Assembly: GCA_902523535.1 (NCBI GenBank)
Contig: CABYZQ010000004.1
Location: 39,241-103,240 of the forward strand
Length of the DNA stretch: 64,000 nucleotides
Reading direction: 5' to 3'
From: an uncultured Pelagibacteraceae bacterium
GTDB lineage: Bacteria > Pseudomonadota > Alphaproteobacteria > Pelagibacterales > AG-422-B15
Every line of letters starts with the position of its first letter. Position 1 is the stretch's first letter. The notes beneath the pieces are model-generated. The model worked only from the letters and a program-made list of their open reading frames with translations, was not told where the DNA came from and did no database searches. Made by a program: the position numbers and the translations under genes. This document shows, piece by piece, positions 21,189 to 32,191 of this stretch.

Positions 21189-22064
21189 TTATATTTTCCA
21201 TCTATTGTGGAACCAAAAGTATTGTTCAGGGTACTTAGTAATCATTTCTTGATAAAATGAGGATATTTGAGCTGAAATTTTATAAATGTTTTCTTCATTA
21301 CTCTCTTTATCTTTTGTATCAATGCACTCAACTACCTCAAATTTAAAATTATTATCAATTGTTCGTATTGGCCAGGCTAAAAATATTTTACATTTTGCTT
21401 TCAAAGCAATTTGTGCAGGAAGTGTTGATATATTCATTTCCTTATTAAAAAATTTAACCTTTGTTCCTGAAGACAACTGTTGATCTGCCAAGAGGGCAAT
21501 AGAGCTTCCTTTATTGAATTGATTTAATAGCTGTCTCGTCCCTGATCTGTTTTTACTATAGCATTGAACGCTATATTTGTGTCTTAGTTGTTTTACAACA
21601 AAATTTATCAGAGGATTATTTGGTTCTCTTACTATCGCTGAGACCCTATTCATCTTACTTCGAAGAGCCATTCCAGGTATTTCCCAATTTGAACTATGAC
21701 CTGAAACAATTACACTATGTTCATTTTCATTAAATACATCATCTGAGAATTCATTATTAATCACTTCAATCTTACTCTTGAGTATACTTTTCATATGGGC
21801 ATATTCTGAGACCGTATAGCCAAGATTCTTCCAAACTCTATTAGCTGCATCATTAATCCACTCTTTATCTTTGTCATGAAATGCAATAGATAAATTTTTT
21901 ATTAAAAGATTATGTATTGGAAGAAATGGTCCAACAGAAGTAGAAATTAATATTCCAAGAGCACGCGACATTCTCAGAGGTAGAATTTTAAAGACAGTAA
22001 AGAAGAAAATAAAAAATAAAAACTCCAGTGGGTACTTTACCAAGATCTTGAATAATGATTTCAT
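21189..22064 (-). CDS. Lipid A biosynthesis late acyltransferase (LpxL/HtrB family)
   Basis: 291 aa with an N-terminal membrane anchor and an HX4E motif (GHSSNWE). It lies directly downstream of lpxK. Confidence 0.75.
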   Translation of the reverse strand: MKSLFKILVKYPLEFLFFIFFFTVFKILPLRMSRALGILISTSVGPFLPIHNLLIKNLSIAFHDKDKEWINDAANRVWKNLGYTVSEYAHMKSILKSKIEVINNEFSDDVFNENEHSVIVSGHSSNWEIPGMALRSKMNRVSAIVREPNNPLINFVVKQLRHKYSVQCYSKNRSGTRQLLNQFNKGSSIALLADQQLSSGTKVKFFNKEMNISTLPAQIALKAKCKIFLAWPIRTIDNNFKFEVVECIDTKDKESNEENIYKISAQISSFYQEMITKYPEQYFWFHNRWKI

Positions 22065-22068
22065 TATT

Positions 22069-23043
22069 TTAATTAATCAAATTTCTTATTAGTTTTTCAA
22101 TATTCGGTATTTCAAGCTTAATCTTGAAACAATCAATGTTCTTCCTGTAATCTTCAGGAATTCGAACATAGTCCTTTTCTGTCGTGATAAGTGATAAATT
22201 TTCTCTTTTCGCCTTATCTAATAAGCTTTCTAAATCTTTTCTAGTGAACTGATAATGATCGGGAAAACTTATCTTTTTTATAACTTCATAACCTTTGTTT
22301 TTAAGGGTATCAAAAAACCCATCATTATTTCCAATGCCGCTAAAGGCTAAATAATTTTTCTTATCAAAAACATCTACAGCTTTAACGTTAGCATTGTAGA
22401 ATTCTAAGTTATCGTAGTCATATTTTTTTGTAATATGATGAAGGTCATCTCCAATAATGACTACAAATTCGGAAGATTTTAGAGCAGGTCTTATAAGCTC
22501 CCTCAGTGGTCCTGCAGGTAAGCACAATTTATTTCCAAAACCTCTCTTACCATTAACTGTTAGTATGGTTTTATCTTTATGGAATGATCGATCTTGAAAT
22601 CCATCATCCAACAATATGATGTCTGTTTGCTTTTCATTTATTATTTTCTCAATTGCAAATGCTCTATTGGTGGTGATGTAAGTTGGGACGCAATTTGCAT
22701 ATAGTAGGGCTTCATCTCCAACCTTGCTAAACGGGTCTGATTTTGAAACCTTATAGAATTTAGATTTATTTGAAGATCCATAGCCTCTCAACAATACTGA
22801 AACTTGCTTGCCTTTCTTTTTTATTTCTTCAATTAATGTTAGTAATGTTGAAGTTTTACCTGTACCCCCTATATTTATATTGCCAATGCATATGATGGGG
22901 ATACTGAACTTCTTATTTTTATAAAATAATGCTCTTATGTAAAAAAGACATATGTATATGAATGACAATGGAATTAAAAATAGTGAGACGAGATTTGCGT
23001 AATATACATCTTGATACCATATTTTCAGAAAAAATTTTTCCAT
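22069..23043 (-). CDS. lpxK: Tetraacyldisaccharide 4'-kinase
   Basis: 324 aa with the P-loop GNINIGGTGKTS and the DDGFQ motif. Confidence 0.9.
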   Translation of the reverse strand: MEKFFLKIWYQDVYYANLVSLFLIPLSFIYICLFYIRALFYKNKKFSIPIICIGNINIGGTGKTSTLLTLIEEIKKKGKQVSVLLRGYGSSNKSKFYKVSKSDPFSKVGDEALLYANCVPTYITTNRAFAIEKIINEKQTDIILLDDGFQDRSFHKDKTILTVNGKRGFGNKLCLPAGPLRELIRPALKSSEFVVIIGDDLHHITKKYDYDNLEFYNANVKAVDVFDKKNYLAFSGIGNNDGFFDTLKNKGYEVIKKISFPDHYQFTRKDLESLLDKAKRENLSLITTEKDYVRIPEDYRKNIDCFKIKLEIPNIEKLIRNLIN

Positions 23044-23049
23044 AATTAA

Positions 23050-24294
23050 TTAGAGGTATTGATATATTTCTTTCAATACTTTTTTCACTGTCTCTTCACC
23101 CTCCTTTTGTAAACTGCTGATATCAACTTTCCTAACTGCTTTGTCTAATGATTTATACTCTTCATGAATAAAATGTTCCAGCTGTCTCTCATTATTTACA
23201 ACTTGTGACAATTTCATTTGATCCAAAGTCAGATATACGTCAGAAAAATTTTCAACATGTTTGCCATGGTATACTTTTTTTCCATGGTATGCTGCTTCAA
23301 TTGGATTTTGCCCACCATGCATCACTAAACTGCCACCAATAAAAATAATATCAGCTAACTTATAAAATAGATTTAATTCACCAATTGTATCAGCTAAGTA
23401 AATATGAGTATTTCTTTTTATTTTATTCCCCATTGATCTAATTGCAGTATTTTTAATGATATTCTTATTGATGATGTTATTTCTTGTTGGATGCCTAGGA
23501 ACAACAATTGTAAGAAGCTCTTTACAAGTTTTTTTTAATTTTAGAGTTACTCTAGTAATAATTTCTTCTTCTCCAGGGTGAGTACTAGCTGCAAGAAATA
23601 TTTTTCTATCACCAGCCAAAGCTTTGAGCTCGTCATACTTTTTAGCATCAGTAAGATCAGGAATAAGAGCAAACTTTAAATTGCCAGTATAATTAGTTTT
23701 TTTAATTCCAAGTTTTTCATAAAATAAAGTACTATCTGTATTTTGCGTACTGCAAGAACTAAATTTAGAAAACAAATCTTTAGATGATGAATTAAATAAG
23801 GACCATCTTTTAAAACTTTTAATTGTCATTCTTCCGTTAATTATAATTTGAGGTATATTTTTGTTATCTAGGTTATGAATAAAGTTAGGCCAAATTTCAG
23901 ACTCTACAAAAACTGCAAGAGACGGCTTCCAATAATTTAGAAACCTATTTGCAAATACTGGAACATCAAAAGGTATAAATTGATGTACAACTTTACCTTT
24001 GATTTTTTTATTTATTATTTTTGCTGATGTTACAGTTCCAGATGTTATTAATATTTGATCAATAGATTGATCTTTGTTCAATTTATCTACTATTGGTAGT
24101 ATTGATTGACACTCACCAATGCTGGCAGCATGGATCCAGATCAGTTTACCTTTTTTTCGATTATGTGTATTTTTCCCATACCTTTCGCTAATTCTATCTG
24201 GCAACTCTTTGCCTTTTCTTTTCCTTATAAAGATAACAAAAGGAATAAAGATAAGAGCTAAATTTGAAAATATTCGGTAGAGAAAGAATATCAT
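23050..24294 (-). CDS. waaA: 3-deoxy-D-manno-octulosonic acid (Kdo) transferase
   Basis: 414 aa with the WIHAASIGE motif and a GT-B C-terminal half. It sits within an LPS gene context. Confidence 0.9.
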   Translation of the reverse strand: MIFFLYRIFSNLALIFIPFVIFIRKRKGKELPDRISERYGKNTHNRKKGKLIWIHAASIGECQSILPIVDKLNKDQSIDQILITSGTVTSAKIINKKIKGKVVHQFIPFDVPVFANRFLNYWKPSLAVFVESEIWPNFIHNLDNKNIPQIIINGRMTIKSFKRWSLFNSSSKDLFSKFSSCSTQNTDSTLFYEKLGIKKTNYTGNLKFALIPDLTDAKKYDELKALAGDRKIFLAASTHPGEEEIITRVTLKLKKTCKELLTIVVPRHPTRNNIINKNIIKNTAIRSMGNKIKRNTHIYLADTIGELNLFYKLADIIFIGGSLVMHGGQNPIEAAYHGKKVYHGKHVENFSDVYLTLDQMKLSQVVNNERQLEHFIHEEYKSLDKAVRKVDISSLQKEGEETVKKVLKEIYQYL

Positions 24295-24300
24295 TTTTTT

Positions 24301-24981
24301 TTAATTATATCCTTTATTAGCTCTTTTTGTGAGATCATTCATCAGATTCTCAAGCGTTTCTTTAGTTGATTTAATGTTAGTATTTTTTTTGCCTACTTTA
24401 ATTGGCTTGCCCCAAATTACAGTTATTTCATTAAACGGCTTTGGAATAATGAATTGATCCCACGTATTTAATTTCCATTTATTTTTAAATCCAATGCCTA
24501 CAGGTACAATCACTGCATTGCTAAGCTTTGCAATGCTAATGATGCCGTCACTTACTTTATGTCTTGGCCCCTTAGGCCCGTCCGGAGAAATGCCAATACA
24601 GACATCTCCTTGAAGTGATTTTATCATTTTTCTAGCTGATAAAAGCCCACCTTTATTTTTTGTTTTATTAGATTTATGAGTTGATCCTCGAATTGCACTA
24701 AAACCTAAATGCGAAATGACTTTAGATATTATATCTCCGTCACGATGCTTTGATATAAGTACTCTTATAGGTTTTTTATTTTGCCATGTAAGAGGACACA
24801 TTAAAAGCTGGTCGTGCCAAAAAGAGTAAATAAAAGATTCATCTTTTTTAAATAGACCATTAATATTTTTTCGATCTTTAAATTTAATTTTTGAGGACTT
24901 ATGCACAAATAAAATATAAAGAGATCCTAAATAAGATATTATATTTTGTGCAACCACTTTACTTGCAAGATATTTTATCAT
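24301..24981 (-). CDS. DUF374 (lysophospholipid acyltransferase-like) protein
   Basis: It has the SKHRDGDIISKVISHLGFSAIRGS motif and lies between msbA and waaA. I prefer the ATG at 24981, 5 nt after the msbA stop, over the longest ORF start at 25059, which would overlap msbA by 74 nt. Confidence 0.7.
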   Translation of the reverse strand: MIKYLASKVVAQNIISYLGSLYILFVHKSSKIKFKDRKNINGLFKKDESFIYSFWHDQLLMCPLTWQNKKPIRVLISKHRDGDIISKVISHLGFSAIRGSTHKSNKTKNKGGLLSARKMIKSLQGDVCIGISPDGPKGPRHKVSDGIISIAKLSNAVIVPVGIGFKNKWKLNTWDQFIIPKPFNEITVIWGKPIKVGKKNTNIKSTKETLENLMNDLTKRANKGYN

Positions 24982-24985
24982 TAAA

Positions 24986-26716
24986 TTAAAATTCGCGTTC
25001 GTACAATTTCTTATAGACGCCATTCTTTGATAGTAACTCTTCATGAGTGCCACTTTCAACTATCTTTCCATCATCTAGAACTATAATTTGATCGGCATTT
25101 ATTATAGTACTTAGCCTATGGGCTATTACCAAAGTTGTCCTATCTTTCATTAGTTTCTTTATTGCTTCCTGAACAAGGCTTTCTGATTCTGTATCTAAAC
25201 TTGAAGTTGCCTCATCCAATAATAGTATTGGTGCATTTTTTAAAAAAGCTCTTGCAATTGAAACTCTTTGTTTTTGGCCGCCTGAGAGACTGTACCCGTT
25301 CTCTCCAATTACCGTATCGTATCCATTTGGCAGCTGAGCAATAAATGAGTCAGCAGCAGCAGATTTTGCAGCACTAATAATTTCTTCTTCGGTAGAGTCA
25401 GGTCGGCTGTAAAGAATATTTTCCTTAATCGACATATCAAATAGAATTGGTTCTTGACTAACTAAAGCAATCACTGACCTGACTGAAGAAATTGTTAAAT
25501 CTTTTATATTTTGTCCGTTAATTTTTAGTTCACCTGAGTCGGGATCATAAAATCTTGGTATAAGATTTAAAATTGATGATTTACCTGATCCACTTGGTCC
25601 TACTAAAGCAGTAGTTTTTCCATGAGGAATATTGAGATTAATTTTCTTTAGTGCTGAATTTGTCTGTCCTTCATAAGAGAGAGTTACCTCATGCAAATCA
25701 ATATTAGTTTTATTTAACGATAGATCTCTTGCATCTTTTTTTTCGTTAATTAAGCTTTCTTGATCTAACAGACCGAATACTCTTATAGCTGCTGCAAAAC
25801 CTTCCTGAAGAGTTGTATTTATTGAAGCAAGTCTTTTCAGAGGTTGAAATGCCAACATCATTGCTCCAAGAAATGATACAAATTCGTTTAATGGCAGTTC
25901 CCCTTGAAGTCCCCTCAAACCTGCATAGTATAATGTTCCTGCTATACCAAATCCTGCAAGAAACTCAGCAAATGGTGACGCGGCCCCACGAGCATTTGCC
26001 CCTTTAAGAATTTTTTGAACCCTTCTCCAAACTGAATTACTAAGTTTTTCAATTTCTTTTTCTTCTTGTTGATAAGCTTTAACAATTCTTGTTCCATCTA
26101 AATTTTCAGAAAGTATGGATGCAAGTACTCCCGTTTCTTCTTGTGTTTCTGTCGAGGCTTTTTTTACTCTTTTGCCCAATCTTCTCGTCAATACTCCGAC
26201 TAAAGGGAAAGCTATGATTGCTATAGTTGCTAGTTGCCAGTCTTGGTAATACATAACACCAAGAAGGCAAATGAGTGTCAGTAAATCCTTAACTCCATTT
26301 GCAAGACTGCTACTAACTGCATCTTGAAGTAAAGTAACGTCATATAGAAAATTAGAAATTATTTTTGCTGAGTGTATCTTATGAAGCCAAGATAGATCAG
26401 CGTTAATTATTTTTTTGAATAATTTTATTTGTGTGTCTGCGATAATATTTTGGGATACACCGTTTAAAAGTACAATTTGGATATAAGTTGCAACACTCTT
26501 AATGAGAAGTGTAAGAATTATCGCAATTGGTATTAACAACAACATTGATTCATCTTTATCAAGAAAAATTTTGTCAATTGCAGGGTCAAGCAGCCATGCA
26601 GTCGCACCTGTTGAAAGGGCTATTATTATCATAAAGAATAATGAGCTAGCTAATCTTGACGCGTAAGGTCTTATGCTATCTCTGAATAACCTTGCTAATA
26701 TCTGCGATCCAGTCAT
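24986..26716 (-). CDS. msbA: Lipid A export ABC transporter, fused permease/ATPase
   Basis: 576 aa with a 6-TM N-terminal half, Walker A GPSGSGKSS, signature LSGGQKQR, and Walker B ILLLDEATS. Confidence 0.85.
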   Translation of the reverse strand: MTGSQILARLFRDSIRPYASRLASSLFFMIIIALSTGATAWLLDPAIDKIFLDKDESMLLLIPIAIILTLLIKSVATYIQIVLLNGVSQNIIADTQIKLFKKIINADLSWLHKIHSAKIISNFLYDVTLLQDAVSSSLANGVKDLLTLICLLGVMYYQDWQLATIAIIAFPLVGVLTRRLGKRVKKASTETQEETGVLASILSENLDGTRIVKAYQQEEKEIEKLSNSVWRRVQKILKGANARGAASPFAEFLAGFGIAGTLYYAGLRGLQGELPLNEFVSFLGAMMLAFQPLKRLASINTTLQEGFAAAIRVFGLLDQESLINEKKDARDLSLNKTNIDLHEVTLSYEGQTNSALKKINLNIPHGKTTALVGPSGSGKSSILNLIPRFYDPDSGELKINGQNIKDLTISSVRSVIALVSQEPILFDMSIKENILYSRPDSTEEEIISAAKSAAADSFIAQLPNGYDTVIGENGYSLSGGQKQRVSIARAFLKNAPILLLDEATSSLDTESESLVQEAIKKLMKDRTTLVIAHRLSTIINADQIIVLDDGKIVESGTHEELLSKNGVYKKLYEREF

Positions 26717-26781
26717 GAGAGGGTATTCATAATACTATTACAGAAAATTTAAATCTAAATATTGGTTTATGGCTAAAAAGC

Positions 26782-28113
26782 TTATTTTCCTGCTAGTGTC
26801 ATATTCTCAATTAGAACTGTAGGAGCGTTGGTTCGGTACTTGAACTCAAGATCATTAGCTGCGGATAAATTTAAAAACATTTCTGTAAGATTTGAAGCTA
26901 TAGTTACTTCACTTACAGCATGAGTAATTTCGCCATTTTCAATCAGCATGCCACTAGCACCCATACTATAATCGCCTGTAACTAAGTTAACACCCATTCC
27001 AATTAGTTCATTTGCATAAAAACCATATTTAATAGATTTGATCATATCATCATAAGACAGTATTCCATTAGTCATAAAAAAATTTGATGTTGATACACCT
27101 GGAGGTGCTCCAACAGACCGTGATGCGTTTCCTGTTGTTTTAAAGTTAAGCTTCTTTGCTGTTGAGGTATTTAAAATCCAAGTATTGAGTTTTCCATTGG
27201 ACACAATTTCTTTTTTACTGACTTGAATTCCTTCTCCATCAAATGGTTTAGAGCCCAACCCTTTTAGAATTCCTGGATCATCGATTATAGTTACATCTTT
27301 TTTGAATATTTGTTTTCCAAGACTATCCTTTAGAAAACTTGTTCCTCTTGCGATAGATGGACCTGATATTGCTCCAGCAAGGTATCCGATTAAGCCATTA
27401 CTAATTCTTTTATCAAATATTACCGGAAGTTTTGTTGATTTTATTTTTTTTGGATTTAAACGTTTTAATGTTTTGTTTGCTGCTGACGTTCCAATTTCTT
27501 TAGCTGATCGCAAATCTGAAAAATGTCTTGATACAGAGTAATCATAATCTCTTTCCATACTTTGTCCTTCACCAGCTAGAACAGAACAAGATATAGAATT
27601 GGTTGACGATTTGTATCCTCCCTGGAATCCATTACTTGTCGCTAAGTAGAATTCGCCCTGTGAAAAAGATGCTCCAGCGCCTTCTGAATTACTTATCCCA
27701 GGCACTGAAAGAGCTGCTTCTTCACACTCCTTAACAGAGTCTATTAGAACTTCAGTGTTAGTCTCTTCACTTTGATGTAATTCTAAATTACCTATTTCGC
27801 TTTCGAATAATGAACTATCGCCCAAGACAGCCGTATCGTCAACGGGCGCTAATTTTGCCATCGATACACACTTGTTTACAAGTGTTTCTATATTATCATC
27901 GTCCACTTCAGATGAAGAAACAAAAGCTTGCTTCTGATCAACCAGCGCTCTTATTCCAATGGTGCTATCATTTGACTCTTCAAGATCTTCTATATTCTGT
28001 TTTCTGCAGCTGATTGATTTCCCACTTGCCTTTGCAAGCACAACATCGCACTCAGTAGCTCCACTTTTGAGAGTCTTTTCAATAATTTTTTGAGCTGTAA
28101 TTTCAAAATTCAT
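26782..28113 (-). CDS. pmbA: TldD/PmbA family metalloprotease (PmbA/TldE-like)
   Basis: 443 aa. Family-typical length and motifs are present (GASFSQGEF, GDYSMGASG...ENGE). Confidence 0.8.
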   Translation of the reverse strand: MNFEITAQKIIEKTLKSGATECDVVLAKASGKSISCRKQNIEDLEESNDSTIGIRALVDQKQAFVSSSEVDDDNIETLVNKCVSMAKLAPVDDTAVLGDSSLFESEIGNLELHQSEETNTEVLIDSVKECEEAALSVPGISNSEGAGASFSQGEFYLATSNGFQGGYKSSTNSISCSVLAGEGQSMERDYDYSVSRHFSDLRSAKEIGTSAANKTLKRLNPKKIKSTKLPVIFDKRISNGLIGYLAGAISGPSIARGTSFLKDSLGKQIFKKDVTIIDDPGILKGLGSKPFDGEGIQVSKKEIVSNGKLNTWILNTSTAKKLNFKTTGNASRSVGAPPGVSTSNFFMTNGILSYDDMIKSIKYGFYANELIGMGVNLVTGDYSMGASGMLIENGEITHAVSEVTIASNLTEMFLNLSAANDLEFKYRTNAPTVLIENMTLAGK

Positions 28114-28116
28114 ATA

Positions 28117-28983
28117 TCAAATCAGTGTTAGTAGTAAAGAGAACATAATTAATGCGCCAGTATACCGATTACTTTTGAAAATTTCTAGACACACTTCACT
28201 ATTATAAATATCTAGTTTGAATAATTGAAATAACAAATGAAATCCTACGAGAAGAAGAGAAGTATAATATAAATATTTAAAATCAGATAATTGGCCAAAG
28301 ATTAATAGGCAGATAATCATTAACAAATAAAAAGAAGAAATCCATAATTTTGAATTATCTCCAAACAAAATAGCTGTTGATTTTATTCCAATTCTTAAGT
28401 CATCCTCCCGGTCCTGATGGGCATATATTGTATCGTAACCTAAAGTCCAAAAAATTCCTGCAAGATACAAGAAGAAGATAGATAAAGAAATATTCCCATT
28501 AATGGATACATATCCAATAATAACACCAATATTAAAAGTTAGACCAAGAAATAGCTGTGGCCAATATGTAATCCTTTTCATAAGAGGGTATAATATAAAA
28601 AGAAAAAATGAAATAAATCCAATCATAATTGCCGTCTTGTTTAATGAAAGCAATATTGCAAGTCCGACTAGACACAAAAGACAAAATATTGTGATTGCTT
28701 CAATTGTGCTGATGGCTCCACTTGCCAAAGGTCTTTTTGATGTTCTGCTCACATGCTTATCAAGATCTTTATCAAATATATCATTTATTACGCAACCTGC
28801 AGATCTCATCACGACCGAGCCAATGGCGAATAAGATAATGGTGAGAAGATTGTTATGTATATCTTTAAACGAGCTAAAAGCTGCAAATATTCCCCAAAAA
28901 CATGGTAACATTAGTAACATAAATCCATTGGGCTGATGGAGTCTTAATAAATGAATATACTTCTGCAACTTGTATTTCCTCAA
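28117..28983 (-). CDS. ubiA: 4-hydroxybenzoate polyprenyltransferase
   Basis: 288 aa, polytopic, with the UbiA motif NDIFDKDLD...RTSKRPLASG. The conserved N-terminal LLRLHQPNG lies upstream of the first ATG, so a TTG start at 28983 is inferred. Confidence 0.85.
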   Translation of the reverse strand: MRKYKLQKYIHLLRLHQPNGFMLLMLPCFWGIFAAFSSFKDIHNNLLTIILFAIGSVVMRSAGCVINDIFDKDLDKHVSRTSKRPLASGAISTIEAITIFCLLCLVGLAILLSLNKTAIMIGFISFFLFILYPLMKRITYWPQLFLGLTFNIGVIIGYVSINGNISLSIFFLYLAGIFWTLGYDTIYAHQDREDDLRIGIKSTAILFGDNSKLWISSFYLLMIICLLIFGQLSDFKYLYYTSLLLVGFHLLFQLFKLDIYNSEVCLEIFKSNRYTGALIMFSLLLTLI

Positions 28984-29012
28984 AACTAATATTATGAATT
29001 TAATATATATAA

Positions 29013-29732
29013 ATGACTAAGATAAAAAATAGAATTTTTATAACTTCAGCCTTAAAGTCAGGAGAGACTGTTTCTTTAGAAGATGATAAATCTCATTATG
29101 TAAACAATGTTATTAGGTGTAAAATTGGAGACCATATTTCACTTTTTAATGACAAATTTGAATGTATAGCTGAAGTTGTGAGCAATTCAAAAAAAATATG
29201 TAAGCTGAAATTAAAGGAATGTAAAGAAAATGAGATTGATAGCCACAATATAACTCTATTTTTCTCACCTATAAAGAGATCTCCTATGGAGTTTATGGTG
29301 CAAAAATGCACAGAGATTGGAATAACTTCTTTCCAGCCAGTATTAATGGAGAGAACAAATAATAAAAAAATTAATCTTGAGAGATTAAGACTAATCTCTA
29401 TTGAGGCATGCGAGCAGTCTAGTAGAGTAAATTTGCCTTCATTTAATAATTTAATCTCTTTTAGCGAAATGATTAAAACAATGAATTATGATAAACTTAT
29501 TTTCTGCTCACTTGAAAAAAATACTAGCGCAATTGATAAAATAAATTTATCACTTAATGAAAGTATAGGAATTGTAATCGGTCCAGAAGGTGATTTTTCT
29601 CCAAACGAAATGACAGATTTAGGGAGTATAAAGAATTCTGTACCAGTAACCCTGGGTAGTAATATTCTTAAATCTGAAACAGCTGGGGTTGTTGCTACCT
29701 CGCTAGTTATGAACAGCATTTATAATGATTAA
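29013..29732 (+). CDS. rsmE: 16S rRNA (uracil1498-N3)-methyltransferase
   Basis: 239 aa with the SPOUT C-terminal motif IVIGPEGDFSPNE and LGSNILKSETA. Confidence 0.85.
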   Translation: MTKIKNRIFITSALKSGETVSLEDDKSHYVNNVIRCKIGDHISLFNDKFECIAEVVSNSKKICKLKLKECKENEIDSHNITLFFSPIKRSPMEFMVQKCTEIGITSFQPVLMERTNNKKINLERLRLISIEACEQSSRVNLPSFNNLISFSEMIKTMNYDKLIFCSLEKNTSAIDKINLSLNESIGIVIGPEGDFSPNEMTDLGSIKNSVPVTLGSNILKSETAGVVATSLVMNSIYND

Positions 29733-31059
29733 TAAACAAGATTTAATAAATTACTTCAGTGAAGGAATAAAGAAAGATAACACTCTCAGGATAGGTACTG
29801 AGCATGAGAAATTTATTTTTAAGCAAAATGATTTATCTTTGATCCCCTATGATGGCGATGTGAGTATACAAGCTATCTTTCAAGATTTTGTGAAAGAAGG
29901 CTGGAAAGAAGTTAAAGAAGGTAACAATACAATTGCTCTCACAAAGAATAATGCAAGTATAACTCTAGAACCTGGAGGTCAATTTGAGTTGTCCGGCGCT
30001 CCACTTAAATCAGTTCATGAAACATGTAGTGAAATCAACAGTCATCTGGATTTAACTAAAAAATTAGAAAAAAAATATAATATTGGATTTTTAGGAATTG
30101 GCTTCTTACCCATAGGTACTCTTGAAGAAATACCAATGGTTCCCAAAAAAAGATATGCAGAAATTATGACTCCCTATATGAGGTCGCTTGGTGGATTGGG
30201 TTTAGAGATGATGTATCAATCTGCAACAGTGCAAGCTAATTTTGATTTTACTTCAGAAGAAGATATGGGAAAAAAAATCAATGTTTCATCTGTACTTCAA
30301 CCATTAGTGACAGGCTTATTTGCTAACTCGCCATTTAAAAATAACCAACCATCAGGATTTGAAAGTTATAGAGGACATGTGTGGACAAGAACAGATGCGG
30401 ATCGGACGGGCATACCTAAATTTCTTACTGAGCCAAACATGAGTTTTGAAAAGTATGTAGACTTTGCTTTAGATATTCCTGTTTATGCTCTTATAAGAGA
30501 TGGTAATTATATAAGATGCTCAGATTATTCATTCGCAGACTTAATTGAGGGTAAGCATAACGAATTTTCCAAAGATCAAATTACAATTAAAGATTGGACT
30601 GATCATATTTCTACCATATTCACTGAAGTAAGATTAAAAACATTTATTGAAATGAGAGGAGCTGACGCAGGTGGGTACAAAACACTATGTGCATTACCAG
30701 CTTTTTGGACAGGCATACTTTATGATGAGACTGCTCTTGAGGAAGCTTTGAGCATTACCAGTCAGCTCGATTATACCGATTTAATGAATTTTAGAGCAGA
30801 CGTTTTAAAGAATGGTCTCAACTCAACTATTAATAATATTGAAGGATGGGATTTAGCAGAACAAATAGTAAAAATTTCCTCAGAGGGCTTAAACAGACGT
30901 GGAAAATTAAATTTATATGGTGATAGTGAAGCAGTTCATTTAGATTTTCTAAAAGATATTATTAAGAACAAAGAGTCTAATTCAATGCGAATGATTAAAA
31001 ACTACTATGCACAAGATACCCTTAATCACAAAGAGCTTTTTCAAAAGGAGTCTTTTTAG
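29725..31059 (+). CDS. gshA: Glutamate-cysteine ligase, plant/alphaproteobacterial (GCS2) type
   Basis: 444 aa with the IGTEHEKF motif and the overall plant-type GCL pattern. It overlaps rsmE by 8 nt. Confidence 0.85.
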   Translation: MINKQDLINYFSEGIKKDNTLRIGTEHEKFIFKQNDLSLIPYDGDVSIQAIFQDFVKEGWKEVKEGNNTIALTKNNASITLEPGGQFELSGAPLKSVHETCSEINSHLDLTKKLEKKYNIGFLGIGFLPIGTLEEIPMVPKKRYAEIMTPYMRSLGGLGLEMMYQSATVQANFDFTSEEDMGKKINVSSVLQPLVTGLFANSPFKNNQPSGFESYRGHVWTRTDADRTGIPKFLTEPNMSFEKYVDFALDIPVYALIRDGNYIRCSDYSFADLIEGKHNEFSKDQITIKDWTDHISTIFTEVRLKTFIEMRGADAGGYKTLCALPAFWTGILYDETALEEALSITSQLDYTDLMNFRADVLKNGLNSTINNIEGWDLAEQIVKISSEGLNRRGKLNLYGDSEAVHLDFLKDIIKNKESNSMRMIKNYYAQDTLNHKELFQKESF

Positions 31060-32144
31060 GTTGTTCCTTTTTCTATATATATAGATTGAGAAGGGAAAGC
31101 AAAGCCAGCATCATTCTTCTCAACAATACCTTTAATCTCGAAAGCTAAGTTTTCTTTTATCTCTAACCATTCTCCCCAATTTGTAGTGGTAGCAAAACAA
31201 TAAACCAACAAATCAATAGAGCTGTCAGAGAATTTTTCTATTCTAACAAACAATGGTTGTTCCGTAGATTTAACAAAATTTCCATTATCCGTTAAATATT
31301 TTTCAATCTCGTCTCTTATTTTTCTTAACTGATCATGTGTTGTTCGATATTCTAAACCAATGGTCCAATAAATTCGGCGACTTTTCATATTACTAAAGTT
31401 TGTTACGGCGTTTTCGGCAAAATTAAAGTTTGGGACCATTACCGGCGAGGAGTCAAATCTTCTTACTAGCGTTGAGCGAAATCCAATTTTTTCTACAGTA
31501 CCTTCAACTATATTTTCAACTTTTATCCAATCACCGTTTTGAAATCTTTTTTCAAGAAGTATCAGTATACCTGAAATTAAGTTTTTAAATAAATCTTGAG
31601 CACCTAAAGCAACAGCAACACTTAATAATCCAAGACCAGCCAATATGGGTCCAACCTTAATACCCCATATTTCAAGTACTGCCGCACCTCCAATAATAAA
31701 GATAAAGAATTTAAGTATCCTTACACCCCAATCAATTAAATCATACGTTAACAGTTCACCAAATTTATGAATAAAAAAAGAAAAAGGATCAATTACTTTA
31801 TAAAGGAACCAGAATATTTGAATTGTTATGAGTGATGTATTTAGATTTGCGGCAATTATTTCAAGTGTACTGTTTAAATTTAAATATTGAGTGCTGATGT
31901 ATACCCCGATTACGATTGGAAAAAATCTCAGTGGACCATCAAAAGCCTCTAAAACCTCGTCATCAATTTGAGTTGAAGATTTTTTTACAATAGCTTTCAA
32001 TCTACCAACAACAATCTTTGAAAATAAAGATCTGAATAAGACAAAAAGTATAAGAATTAGAATACCGATTAGTATATTATTGAAATCTATTCCAAACACT
32101 CCTTGTGACCAAACTGATGAAACTAAGTCTAAAAAATTATCCAT
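31056..32144 (-). CDS. Mechanosensitive ion channel (MscS family)
   Basis: 362 aa with N-terminal TM helices and the MscS beta-domain motif GDWIKVENIVEGTVEKIGFRSTLVR. Confidence 0.85.
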   Translation of the reverse strand: MDNFLDLVSSVWSQGVFGIDFNNILIGILILILFVLFRSLFSKIVVGRLKAIVKKSSTQIDDEVLEAFDGPLRFFPIVIGVYISTQYLNLNSTLEIIAANLNTSLITIQIFWFLYKVIDPFSFFIHKFGELLTYDLIDWGVRILKFFIFIIGGAAVLEIWGIKVGPILAGLGLLSVAVALGAQDLFKNLISGILILLEKRFQNGDWIKVENIVEGTVEKIGFRSTLVRRFDSSPVMVPNFNFAENAVTNFSNMKSRRIYWTIGLEYRTTHDQLRKIRDEIEKYLTDNGNFVKSTEQPLFVRIEKFSDSSIDLLVYCFATTTNWGEWLEIKENLAFEIKGIVEKNDAGFAFPSQSIYIEKGTT

Positions 32145-32191
32145 TATATTATTTTAACTGATTTGGCATTCAGATAATAGATATAGTTAAT

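Noticed and set aside
24982-25059. The longest-ORF start of the DUF374 gene at 25059 overlaps msbA by 74 nt.
   Set aside because: An in-frame ATG at 24981 lies 5 nt after the msbA stop and retains the whole conserved domain. The long overlap is probably an ORF-calling artefact.
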